From assembly GCA_022605425.2 (NCBI GenBank), contig JAKIMF020000005.1:992001-1056000 (forward strand): a DNA stretch of 64,000 nt, read 5' to 3'. The notes under the pieces are model-generated. The model saw only the letters and a program-made list of their open reading frames with translations. It did no database searches and was not told the origin of the DNA. This DNA is from Hamiltosporidium tvaerminnensis FI-OER-3-3 (Eukaryota; Fungi; Microsporidia). The position numbers and the translations under genes were made by a program. Numbering within the stretch: position 1 is the first letter of the stretch; the number at the start of each line of letters is the position of its first letter. Positions 1 through 10,739 of this stretch are shown here, piece after piece.

Positions 1-2029
1 TTATTTCATTATTATGTTTAATTTCTTGTTCTGTATACTTAACACCTTCTTTAGAATACATATGCTGTCTATCTATCTTAATAACAGGTGATTTTACTGT
101 TTTTATAGTTTTATTAGATTCTTGTGGAATATCGTTATATCTTAAGAATTCTGGCATTTCATTAAAAATAGAGGGGTGTCTATTTATAGTATTGTGTTGG
201 TAAATAAAGGGGGTGTTAATATTTGAGGTATTATGGTTTGTATTTAAAGGGGTGTTAATTGTAGTGGTATTGGGATTTGTTGTATTAGAGGTGTTAATTA
301 TAGTGGGATTAGGATTTGTGTTATTATAAGGGGTAGTATTTAAAGGGGTGTTATTTGTAGTGTTACTATATGGGGTGTTATTATAGGTATTACTATTAGG
401 ATTTGTGTTATTATAAGGGTTTGTATTTAAAGGGGTGTTATTATAGGTATTGTTATTAGGGGTGTTGTTATAAGTATTACTATTAGGGTTGCTATTATAA
501 GTATTGCTATTAGGGGTGTTATTCCCAGCACTATTATAAGAGGTGTTATTCCCAGCACTATTATATGGGGTGTTATTTATACTACCGCCATACCCATTAT
601 TACCATACCCGTTACCACTACAATTATCACCCCCTTCTTCACTTCCTTTTAAATAATTAGAATTCCTTTTAATTTCTACATTTACAGGATTAATTTTACT
701 TTTAAAATATCTCGTTTTCTTAGAAATATTACTATTAAAAACAGGATAATAATTAGAATTATTCATTATATGTTCTGTATTAATATTAGGGTTTTGTTTA
801 TATAATTGATTTGATAATGAAATAGAAGGGTTATTTATATGAGAATAAAGGTTATTGTTAGTAGAGTAAGGATTAATAGAATAAGGGGTGTTATTTGTAA
901 GGGTGTTATTATAAGGATTTGTGTTTATAGGGTTATTTGAAGTATTGTTTATGCATTGATTAGGGTTAGGGCTGGGGTTAGGATATATATTATTATAAGG
1001 ATAGGTAGTATAAGGGTTAGGCTTACTCCCATATTGATTAGTGTTATAATTGGTATTGTTATAAGGGTTGGTATTGTTAGTGTTATAAGGGTTAGTATTA
1101 CTAGTAGTATAAGGATTACCGTTATTATTAACACTATTATTATTACCATTAACACTACTATTAATACTATTAACACTACTATTAATACCATTAGCACTAC
1201 CACTACTACTAACACCACAATTAATACTATTAACACTACTATTAGCTCCACTGTTACTATTCCCTGTATAAAAACCTTTCTTTATATTATTTATATTACT
1301 TAAATGACTTCTACTACCAGAAACTGTATAGAAGGGTATATTTGCATGTAAGGGTTGCGAATTATTATATGAAGAATTATTTTGATTGTAAAATATTTGT
1401 TGTGGGTGGAAGTTATTTTGAAGAGGGTGTCTTGGTATAGAGAATGTATCAGTATAGGGAGTAGAAGGATTAGAGGGGTTTGAGGGATTTGATGGATGAG
1501 CAGAAGGATTAGCAATGTAAGGATTAGAGGGATTAGTAGTAGTGTAGGGATTAGAGGGATTAGAAGGATTAGCAATGTAAGGATTAGAGGGATTAGTAGT
1601 AGTGTAGGGATTAGAAGGATTAGAAGGATTAGAAATGTAAGGATTAGATGGATTAGTAGTAGTGTAAGGATTAGATGGATTAGCAATGTAAGGATTAGAG
1701 GGATTAGCAATGTAAGGATTAGAAGAATTACTAGATGTAGAAGACTTGGTGGATGATTCAGAAATATTATAGTTTGATTCTGTTTGTTTAGAAGAATGCA
1801 TATGTGTGGGATTTTGTGTCATTTTAGTAATTTTACAGTATTTTTCATTCATTTTATAAAGATACTCTTCAATAGTTTTACTTTGTTCAAAACTGATCTG
1901 TTCTGCTTTTATAGCTGCTTCTCGTATTTGTTCAAGAGCGTGTGTGTTGGAGAAAGGAGAAGACTTAAGTGCATTGAAAAGTTTTATGAGGTTTTTTTTG
2001 CGTTCGTCTGGGTTTGGTTTATTGTGCAT
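1..2029 (-). CDS. KIX-domain (Med15/Gal11-like) protein with long Asn/Pro/Thr/Tyr/Ser-rich low-complexity region; 3' end lies beyond the window start
   Basis: Manual translation from ATG 2029 (context CACCATG) stays open for 676 codons to the window edge. N-terminus MHNKPNPDERKKNLIKLFNALKS...EQIREAAIKAEQISFEQSKTIEEYLYKMNEKYCKI matches the three-helix Med15-type KIX pattern (ER...A...E...F..S.T.EEYL..M..K). It is followed by NPSNPY and NNTPYN repeats. Missing from the ORF track because it has no stop inside the window. Confidence 0.8.
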   Translation of the reverse strand, partial: MHNKPNPDERKKNLIKLFNALKSSPFSNTHALEQIREAAIKAEQISFEQSKTIEEYLYKMNEKYCKITKMTQNPTHMHSSKQTESNYNISESSTKSSTSSNSSNPYIANPSNPYIANPSNPYTTTNPSNPYISNPSNPSNPYTTTNPSNPYIANPSNPSNPYTTTNPSNPYIANPSAHPSNPSNPSNPSTPYTDTFSIPRHPLQNNFHPQQIFYNQNNSSYNNSQPLHANIPFYTVSGSRSHLSNINNIKKGFYTGNSNSGANSSVNSINCGVSSSGSANGINSSVNSINSSVNGNNNSVNNNGNPYTTSNTNPYNTNNTNPYNNTNYNTNQYGSKPNPYTTYPYNNIYPNPSPNPNQCINNTSNNPINTNPYNNTLTNNTPYSINPYSTNNNLYSHINNPSISLSNQLYKQNPNINTEHIMNNSNYYPVFNSNISKKTRYFKSKINPVNVEIKRNSNYLKGSEEGGDNCSGNGYGNNGYGGSINNTPYNSAGNNTSYNSAGNNTPNSNTYNSNPNSNTYNNTPNNNTYNNTPLNTNPYNNTNPNSNTYNNTPYSNTTNNTPLNTTPYNNTNPNPTIINTSNTTNPNTTTINTPLNTNHNTSNINTPFIYQHNTINRHPSIFNEMPEFLRYNDIPQESNKTIKTVKSPVIKIDRQHMYSKEGVKYTEQEIKHNNEI
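1500..1722 (-). repeat. Coding tandem repeat: three ~60-bp units plus 24-bp subunits encoding NPSNPYTTTNPSNPYIANPS
   Basis: Lines 1501, 1561 and 1621 are near-identical 60-mers and stay in frame with the KIX gene. Confidence 0.9.
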
Positions 2030-2439
2030 GGTGTTGGTTTTATGGATTGTTTTTTTTTATTGTAAAAATATCCCCTTTTTTTGGTTTTATAATTTTTTTA
2101 TGGTTTGAAAATGAAACAATGTAAGGAAAGTGACGAATAAGAAAATATAGGAGTTGGATATAGGTTAGTAATGTGTGTGTGGTTTGTGTTTGTTGGTATA
2201 TGGATAGGGGAGAGATGGGGGTTTGTGTTTATCTATGTCTAGGTTAGTATTAGCAAGTATAATAGGTTAGTAAATTAGGTGTAGAATGATAGGATTTATA
2301 ATATAAAGGTAGTAAATTGGTTTATAAGGATATAATTTATAGTATAAAAGGTAAAAATGAGGGTAATTAAGGGTAACAGATTTTCATGTTATTTTATTAA
2401 AGTTTAGGTAAAAATCATTGCCTGATTTAAATAATCTTT

Positions 2440-3050
2440 TATACAACCTCATTATATTCTTAGAAGAACGACTCTTTTTTTATGTTTATTGTCGGTTCCT
2501 CTAGTGTGGTCGTCTTTTTAAAATATGAAAAGTGTTATTTCATGTGGTATCATAGTTAATACCAATCTCCTTGATACTAACTTGTCTTAAAATGGGTGTG
2601 GATTTTCATCTAACTAGGCTCCTTGAATAACCATATTGAAGTTTCTTCATAATTATATTGAGTATTTAGTCTTGACTTAGTCTTCTTCCTTGATCATAGA
2701 AAATTGTTTCGAATGTCTTCTTAAGTACTATTATATGAATGTATGCCTCTACATTCAAGGAAAGGTGCAGGCTTTTAACATACCTCTCATGGTATTTGGT
2801 CACAATACCGTCCCAGGTTATCACATAAGGAATTATCTCGACACTACATTTATAATTAAGATCTAACTCATTGACTAAAGGTCATAATTCTTATGTTTTA
2901 GGCTAAATTGTTTGAAGTTAATCTTGTAAAGTTATTCATATTACAATGAGAGTTTTCTTTTCCATTTATTTTAGAAATGTAGTATAATAGCCTAAAAAGA
3001 ACATATCTGGCAAATTATTCCGTATTTTAGCATCGGTTCAATGTTTACAT
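2440..3050 (-). mobile_element. 3' remnant of R4/Dong-like (RLE endonuclease) non-LTR retrotransposon
   Basis: The minus strand reads YDL..NEL.L.YKCSVEIIPYVITWDGIVTKYHERY...EAYI...VLKKTFETIS, the C-terminal RLE region shared with the other copies in the window. It contains stops and frameshifts. Confidence 0.8.
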
Positions 3051-4616
3051 ATAATAAATTTAACAAAAATAATTTAAAATGCTTTTTCTTCTTGGAATAT
3101 TCATGAACTTAAATATTTAAGAAGTAGGATTTTTAATATCTATAAAGCACAAATTTCTGTCAATTTTAAGATTTCTTGATTTTACTTTGCCTAAACTATT
3201 ATAAATTTTTATAAAGGTAATTAGAAAGACGACCACTTGTTTTAAATATTGTTAAAATCTGAAATAAATTTTTATGTTACGTAAAATATAATGGCTCGAG
3301 CTTTCCAAGTGCTATAGCGTCGCGGAGTTGGTTAGTTAAGTAAATTGTTTTTATAGCAGTAAAAAAAGATAATAATTTGTAGATTTAATAAATTAGGTTC
3401 TAGCTTGTAATTTGCACATTTATATTTTGTTCCAAAATATTTTTTGGTAGAAACTATTATTTAGTCAAATATATACTATAAAAAATCGTGAATAGGTTTA
3501 ATTTATTTATATTTTTACTTACTATTTCTTTTACTCTTAATTATAAATTGGGTTTTTATGTGATTTCTTTGTATAGTCTCGATCTATAATGTGGGTTTGA
3601 TTTTTTTATGTTTTCTAGCAATATGATTTTTTAAAATTATTTATGTCACCTTTATACATTGAGATTTCATATCATGCACTTTACTTATATACTCGCAGGT
3701 TTTATACGCTACCCTTTGTTTATATTGACTTTAATATTTGTTGATTGATCAGAAGAAAATACTTTAGCTTTGGCTTCTGAAAATAAATTGTAAATATCAT
3801 TTTTTTTACTTCATTTCGGGTTAGTTGAGACACAAATTATGTTAGTTTATACCAATATAATCTAACAGTACTCCAATAAATTACTGATTGCTACATCCAT
3901 TAGTAGATATTGTTGGTATATTTACTTAAAGTTAAACCGCAATAATTGTAATAAATTCTTTCTAACACTGTGTATTTTGTCGCCTCTGGTAGTTTCGAGT
4001 TTTTAAACCCGTAAATATAGTTTTAAATTCGAATCAAGCGACGCGATTCGATTTAAAGGCTAACACCAAATTACACATGCGTATTTTCGGAATTATTTTT
4101 ATAACTGAGAACCTTATCGTTTTCATTAAATATATTACTCTGCAAATATTCAGTCTAGATTGAGCCTTTGTGAATTTTTTGTTATATCGTGTAATATAGA
4201 TATAATTTAGCTGAAGTTTTAGTTCTTGCTAAAAAAAAGTACTCTTACGTTATAATTATTCTTAATTTTAGAAATGTATCTTATTTTATGATTATTTAGG
4301 AATTCCCTAAATATATTAAGGATTTATTCTACTAACTCTTTTATTTTTCTAAATTTTTTTGAATAGATTAAATAAATTCAATAGATTAAACATTTGAGGA
4401 ATATAATATATGAGAAGGGGCAAAGGTGTTATAATATGCATGTATAAATTTGATTCAATCCGATGATCGATTAGAATGTTTAATAGATTAAACATTTGGC
4501 GATTATATTAAATTAAAACGGAAAAAAACGAAGTATACAATCTTTAAATTGATTAAATATATTTTGTAGATTAAATACATGAAAATATATAAATTTAAAA
4601 ATATTTAAATCTGAAA

Positions 4617-6932
4617 ATGAACTCAATGAATGATGTAATAAATAACGTTTCTGAAAAAATTTTATTACCAAAAACGATGTCAATGAAAGTACTTCTACTT
4701 CTATTAATAGTTCAAAACTGCGTAGATATTAAATTGTTTTATGTAGATAGTAGAGATGATCTTGACCAAGGCTTAGAAAATACAATTATAATCAATTCAT
4801 TGTTAAGTAACACCACCATATTTGTTAAAGATGAAAACAAAAGTTATCAAATGTCTGAATTTATAAGTTATATAAATGCAAAACATCAATCCAAGGCTAT
4901 CCATCATTTTACAGTTCAATATAGTTCGAATTCCAATTTTACTGTTGGATTATTTGAAAGAAATCGAGAAATAAATACTATTTTCCTAGGAAATGTTTTT
5001 GAACAACAGGTAAAGCTCTTTAATCTACTTTTAAATGACAGCAATTTTTTTTTGTACGAAACTTTGGGTGAGAATACATTTTTAGATTTTTTACGCCTTT
5101 CAAAAATTTTTGGAATCAAAGATGACAAAAAATTTGAAAGTTGTTTAAAAGAATTAACTCTATATTACAATAGAGAACTTAAAGATGAATATTTTCTAAA
5201 TTTAATGATGAATTTTCAAACTTTTCAGCAAGAAGTAGATAATTGGGTTATTTTAAAATCTTTTAATATATTGGGTTGTTCACTGTATAAAAATTTTTCT
5301 ATTCACAGTACTTCTCCATCTGAAACATTCGAAGGTGAAATTTTAGATAAAAATACCCTATTTTCAAACATTGGAAATAACGTTAATATCATTTTATCAC
5401 CAACATTTGCAAATACTTGGAAAAGTTTCTATCCTTCTTTTTGCAAACATGCGCTTTTGAATTTCCTATTAAAACTTGTAAATGTTGATATAATCGAAAT
5501 AAAAGATTTCCACGAAAATAATATTCTTGATTTTGGATTTTTTATGCCTCTTATGCCACAAAATGCAGTTGTCCTGTATATAAATGATTCATCGACAGAT
5601 AGAATATTGGATATATTGTGTATTCTTTCTTTTTTAGACACAATAAGAATTTTAAAGATTAAAGACAAAACACTGAATACTTCTTCTGTTTCTAAGTTCT
5701 ATAAATTTAGGAATCTGAAAAATATGATAATTGAGGTTGAAACCCTACAACATTCTGCGTTATACTCAATATTAGACGTAGCGAAATGTATGAAAATAGA
5801 ATCTTTAAATATTAAATGTGAAAATGTCTTGAAAGATCTTAATAATTGCTCCCTTTGGATACCGATTGAAACACCTTGCTATTATTTTTCAATAGGTAAA
5901 TATATTAACTCTAAAAACGAAGCATTCAGATCTATGATAGTTAAATCTTATGGAAACGTTATTACATCTACATCAGTAGAAATTTTTAATTCTGAAGCAG
6001 AAGATCTTATAAATTTTCTTTCGTTATTTCCCAACCTTAATGAATTGTTTATTCTTAACAGAGGACCGATCAAAGGGAGCGAAGATTTATCCGTTAAATT
6101 TTTAGAAGAACATAAAATAAAAAGTTTAAAATTACAAAACTTTGTTATTGATTCTAGGCTCTTAGACAAAATTTTAAATACTTCTATCTTACAAAACCTT
6201 ACTCTTATAGAATGTCAGATACAAATCGATGGGGATTTATTTCCAAATCCATATATTTGTAACAATTCATTGGATACATTGAATATATTTGATTCGAGTT
6301 TCACACCTTCATTATTTTATAACAATTTTGTCTATAAATTAAAAAATTTGAAAAAATTTGATTATTCAGGCAAATATATGATATTTAACATTATTAGTCA
6401 AGATTCTAAATTAGGAGGCGAAATAGTAAATTCAGATATCTCTTTGCGTTTTTCTAATCAAGAGAAAAGCGGTTTATCCAACTTAGATCCAAATAATCTA
6501 GAATTCAGTTTAGTAGCTTTATATTTTAAGAATTCTAGTTTTCCGACATTCACACTTAAGGATGTTGAATTGAATTTAGATGAAGTTTTGGCCTTTAAAT
6601 CAATGAACAACATAGTAAACCTCACTCTAAATAAAATAAAATCCACTGAATCAATACATTTAGTGGCTGATATCTTGCAAAATCGTGATCTTTCTAGAAA
6701 TATAAAATCACTTTGTTTGATCAACATGGATTTGGATTTAAATGATGTCAAATCGCTAAATTTTTTATCATTATTGGAAAATCTAAAGCTAATTAATATT
6801 TATAAAGACGATAGTAAATGCTATTTTTGGGCTATAAAAAGATGCCATTTAAGAAAATTAAAAGAGATAAATATTATTGGAGAAATTTCTAAAAATAATG
6901 TAAATTATTTGAAAGAAGAATTTCCTTTATGA
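4617..6932 (+). CDS. Secreted LRR-like protein, divergent member of the ~780-aa family
   Basis: 771-aa ORF. Signal-peptide-like MSMKVLLLLLIVQNC, so the true start may be Met22/24. The C-terminal two-thirds has repeated LxxLxLxx[NC] motifs (LKNMII, FPNLNELFILN, IKSLKLQN, LQNLTLIEC, LDTLNIFDS, IKSLCLIN, LENLKLIN). Confidence 0.85.
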   Translation: MNSMNDVINNVSEKILLPKTMSMKVLLLLLIVQNCVDIKLFYVDSRDDLDQGLENTIIINSLLSNTTIFVKDENKSYQMSEFISYINAKHQSKAIHHFTVQYSSNSNFTVGLFERNREINTIFLGNVFEQQVKLFNLLLNDSNFFLYETLGENTFLDFLRLSKIFGIKDDKKFESCLKELTLYYNRELKDEYFLNLMMNFQTFQQEVDNWVILKSFNILGCSLYKNFSIHSTSPSETFEGEILDKNTLFSNIGNNVNIILSPTFANTWKSFYPSFCKHALLNFLLKLVNVDIIEIKDFHENNILDFGFFMPLMPQNAVVLYINDSSTDRILDILCILSFLDTIRILKIKDKTLNTSSVSKFYKFRNLKNMIIEVETLQHSALYSILDVAKCMKIESLNIKCENVLKDLNNCSLWIPIETPCYYFSIGKYINSKNEAFRSMIVKSYGNVITSTSVEIFNSEAEDLINFLSLFPNLNELFILNRGPIKGSEDLSVKFLEEHKIKSLKLQNFVIDSRLLDKILNTSILQNLTLIECQIQIDGDLFPNPYICNNSLDTLNIFDSSFTPSLFYNNFVYKLKNLKKFDYSGKYMIFNIISQDSKLGGEIVNSDISLRFSNQEKSGLSNLDPNNLEFSLVALYFKNSSFPTFTLKDVELNLDEVLAFKSMNNIVNLTLNKIKSTESIHLVADILQNRDLSRNIKSLCLINMDLDLNDVKSLNFLSLLENLKLINIYKDDSKCYFWAIKRCHLRKLKEINIIGEISKNNVNYLKEEFPL

Positions 6933-7049
6933 ATGTTGATATTTGAATAAAATTGACATTTAAATTTTTAGTATTTATTTTTCTAATTAAGCCTATTTTT
7001 TGAGAATATATTAGTAAAAATAAATATTAATTTTTAATTTGACTTCTTG

Positions 7050-8380
7050 TTGTAACATGGTGCAGTACCCGCTGTTTTAATAAAGAAAAAAATACATCAC
7101 AGCCAGAATGTAAAGAACGTTTATATATTCCCCGTAAAAATGACGCAAGAGGTTTACATGAGCATTGGTTTCGAGATGAGCCTAAGATAAGCCACTCTTG
7201 AATTTTCTTGAAAAATTTAAAGATATTCTTACCAGAAAAGTAACATCACAAAGGTCGAGAATAATAGTAAAACTCATCTTGCATTAATAAATTTTTTTTA
7301 ACAAATAAATTACGGACTTGCAGAAGAAGTTACAAAAAACAAATACAAGAGAGTCTAAAATCTCTCATGTATAACTAAATAGCAAAAAAAATCGGCATTC
7401 GTAGTTATGCTTAGATAGAAACAATAAGATTGTAAGATCAAATGACTTTTTCGGAGGGCTAAAGAAAGGAAATTTTGACTCAAGAGAAAAACCGTGTCCT
7501 GAAATATCCGGAACAGAAATGTATCTCGAAAGCAGAAGGTATGTGTCAATGCTGCAATCAATTTATAAAAAAAAGTAGAAGATTTAGTGACGAGTGTCAA
7601 AATTTCTTGATTATAACTATACTAGACTACAGAACAAAGGGTCATCATGCATACATTTACTCCAACTAAATTAACATAATTTTAAGTCTACAAACCAAAT
7701 TAGAAGCTATTAAGTTCAAGAAATTCTCGAAATGGATATTCAGAGAAAAAATGACACGCGAATGACCTCTATAAAGAAATTCAGAACAATAGACTTGATG
7801 TATTTATTTTATAAAGAAGAAATAAAGTATAACGCCCAATGAAGAAAAAATAACTTCTTAATATTCATTTGAAATAGTTGAAAGCTTAAAAACTAAGAAC
7901 TATGAAATGCTACGTAATGAGTTAGGTCTTAATTATGAGTTTGTTATGAAGATACTTCTTTAAGTAATTACCTGGGATGGTATCTTGGTAAAATATCATA
8001 ATTAGTATCCGAGAAAACTAAAAATACCGTAGAAGTTAGAAACAAATATCGAATAATGGTACTCAAGAAGACAAAAAAAACAATTTTCTTTACTAGACGA
8101 AAAGGATTTAAGTCAAGAACAAAGGCTAAAGAGAGCTAGTAAACTGCGTCAATGTGTGTTATTTAATAGGCCGAAATCGATGAGAAACAAACACCGCCAA
8201 AAAACAAATGCATAACGAGGAAAATGACCTCAAAAGGGTTAAAACAAAAATAATATACTGCTTATCAATATGAAAGAACCTAAAATATATATTAAAGAAG
8301 AGTCGGATTTAGTAGAAGAAAGGATGGTGGTAAAGAGGGGAAATAAAATCTCTAAAAGGGTGAAAAGCAGTTAAATCCAA
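7050..8380 (+). mobile_element. 5'-truncated, decayed R4/Dong-like non-LTR retrotransposon
   Basis: Remnant zinc-knuckle EGMCQCC (~7535), NYEMLRNELGL (~7900) and VITWDGIL.KYH (~7965-8000), colinear with the copy at 56.7-60 kb. Confidence 0.75.
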
Positions 8381-9899
8381 AATTTTATTAATATCAAAGC
8401 AAAGATTTAAGTACCATAAGAGGCGGTCTTTTTGGCAAGCATAAAAGTTTAATTTTTGGCTTATTTTAAAGGGGGCGTATGGCATGAAGTAAAATACCTT
8501 GGACGTAAGAAATAATATTTGGCAAGACAGAAACGGCAGATGAAAGACAATAATAAAATGTGGTATTATTTGAAAGGTAATGGTTTAGATATTCATTGCA
8601 CGGTTATTTTTAGGATTGTTTTAGACCATTCCGAAGCTTAGGAAATTTAAAGATGAGGCATATGACGAAAAAACCAAAATATTTTTAGATTTTACCCAAA
8701 AAAACAAAAATAAGCAAAAAATATAATTAATATGACTAAGAAAAAGAAGTTTCTTTCGTTTTTTAAACATTATATTTCATTTTATTTAAATTATATTTAA
8801 AATATTTAAGAAAATATTTGCGAAAAAAACGTTTCATTTTTGCGCGTTTGACAAGCGAATATATTTAAATCTATATTTATCTATTAAAATAGATTTTTCA
8901 TATATTATAAATCCTTATCTAATATCATATAAATAGTCTGAGAAGAATCCTTAAAAATAAATTGAATATTTTTAATTTTGTCAAGCAGAAAATAAAAAAC
9001 TTAAGAATAAAATCTTGAATATTTATAAAAAGAATTCTAAAGGCGAAAATGGAATATTAAACAAACTAATAACTCGAATAATCAACGGAGATAATTATTT
9101 CAGGTTTTTAATATAGAAAAAACACTATTATTGGTATAAAAATTTATATAACATTTAAAAAATTTAACAAATTCTATTATAAAAGAATTAAATTTCGAAT
9201 TTTTGTTTTATTAAGATTAGTTTCTTTTATTTGTGGTTTTATTTATGTAATGCCACAATAGATTATTATCGTCTTGTATTTTTGTTGAATACAGGATAAG
9301 TTCTCCTTACAATTTGTTCAAAAATTTTATATTTTGAATTAAATGCATCTTTTTTGAGTTTCTCCTTGAGTTTAAAGATTTATATTATTTCGAATATGAA
9401 TGAAATAAAGATGTCTGCTCAAGATTCCGCATATTATTTTTTTCTGGTTATAACTTGGACATAGTTTGTTAACCCTACCTAATTCTTTTATCGATCCGGT
9501 GATAATTTGCTTAACATCATTATATTTGACTCAATTAAAATATTCACTCTTTATTAATTACCATTTTAGAGTGTTTTTTAATATTTTATAGACTATTTAT
9601 ACTTTTATTTGCAATATAGAAAGTCTTTTAATAAGGATATTATAATATTTCGGGCAAATATCATTCAAAGTTATGGTAATAATATAGATTTTTGTTAATT
9701 CACAAAAAAAACATAGTATATTTACTTTCAATTATTTTTGTATGTTTCTTTGCTTCAATGATTGTAATCTTTGCTTGTAAACCAATTTCAACGTAATTTT
9801 ATTATTCTATTAAAATTTCTTACAAATTGTATTTCATTTCTCAAACTCCTGATTTTATATTGGTTTTTATTATATTTTACATTTTATTTCTGAATTTAT

Positions 9900-10578
9900 T
9901 GTGGAGGGAGTATAACAAAAAAAACTATCTGCTCGGCAATGAGTATAAGAAATTAGTGTGGTTATCCTTGTTTGGATTTTTGGTAGCAATAAAACACTTT
10001 ATATCTTCGAATTTTTTATGGAATTTGTATGAGGAGGTCTATAAAATATCGAAACTTTTTCTACAATTTTTTTTTAGTTTTTTATGTAACTAGATTGCAG
10101 TCCGCAGCTGAACATGTAGGTGATTGCCATGTAAAAGCATGTAAACCTAGTCTTGCACACTCGGATTAGAAGACTTGGCGCCTGGGAGATATAAAAATAA
10201 AACATTAAAATGTGTATAGCTAACTAACAGGTTATACTTGTTGGTATGCATTGCAATGTCTAGGTGAACCCTATCAAAGTCTTCGAAATATATCTTAGCT
10301 AGAAGTTTATTTGGTTCAAAAAGTGTAGAGTAAGTGCAAATGCTGCATAGTCTTGTGGGGCTCAAGAGGGAGCTTCGGTCTTCGATCATACTCCATGCAA
10401 CGAACATTAACGAACTCCAAGCAATCGCCTCGCCAATCAATGAGGTTCTAAAACCCCGGTAGATGAAAAGCTCTGGAACGTAGGTCTCACAGAGGATACT
10501 GATATTGTTGGGGTAATAGTTATTTATGTTATACCTAGAACGGCGTCAATTTCATGAAAACGAATATAACACTTGCGA
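9900..10578 (+). repeat. ~680-bp dispersed repeat, copy A (LTR-like or structured-RNA element)
   Basis: Colinear with the reverse complement of 32639-33331 at roughly 75-85% identity by eye (e.g. CCGCAGCTGAACATGTAGG, GCGCCTGGGAGATATAAAAATAAA, TATATCTTAGCTAGAAGTTTATT). Begins TGTGGAGGGAG and is GC-richer than its flanks. Confidence 0.9.
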
Positions 10579-10739
10579 ATGTTTTTAAAATATGTGATAT
10601 TTTAAATAAAGCTTTGTTTATTTTCGAATACATGCCTTTAAGATTTTTTTGGAAATATTGCGCCATGTTTGTTTCGTAAAAGTCAAAGTCAGAAAAAGGA
10701 CTTAGCATTTTGTTTAATGTAATGTTCCATATAAAGTTT

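Noticed and set aside
960-982. TTAGGG telomere-like hexamers
   Set aside because: Only two or three imperfect units, explained by Pro-Asn codons (CCT AAC) of the KIX gene.
1500-1722. CRISPR-like periodicity
   Set aside because: No unique spacers; it is an in-frame coding tandem repeat in a eukaryotic gene.
949-2065. Five short ORFs with striking Ile/Leu/Arg-rich translations
   Set aside because: Shadow frames of the repetitive minus-strand KIX gene.
3290-3340. Small GC-rich patch resembling a tRNA/SINE head
   Set aside because: No cloverleaf or B-box could be built.
4022-4057. Inverted repeat TTTAAATTCGAATC...GATTCGATTTAAA
   Set aside because: Single AT-rich hairpin with no second copy or functional context seen.
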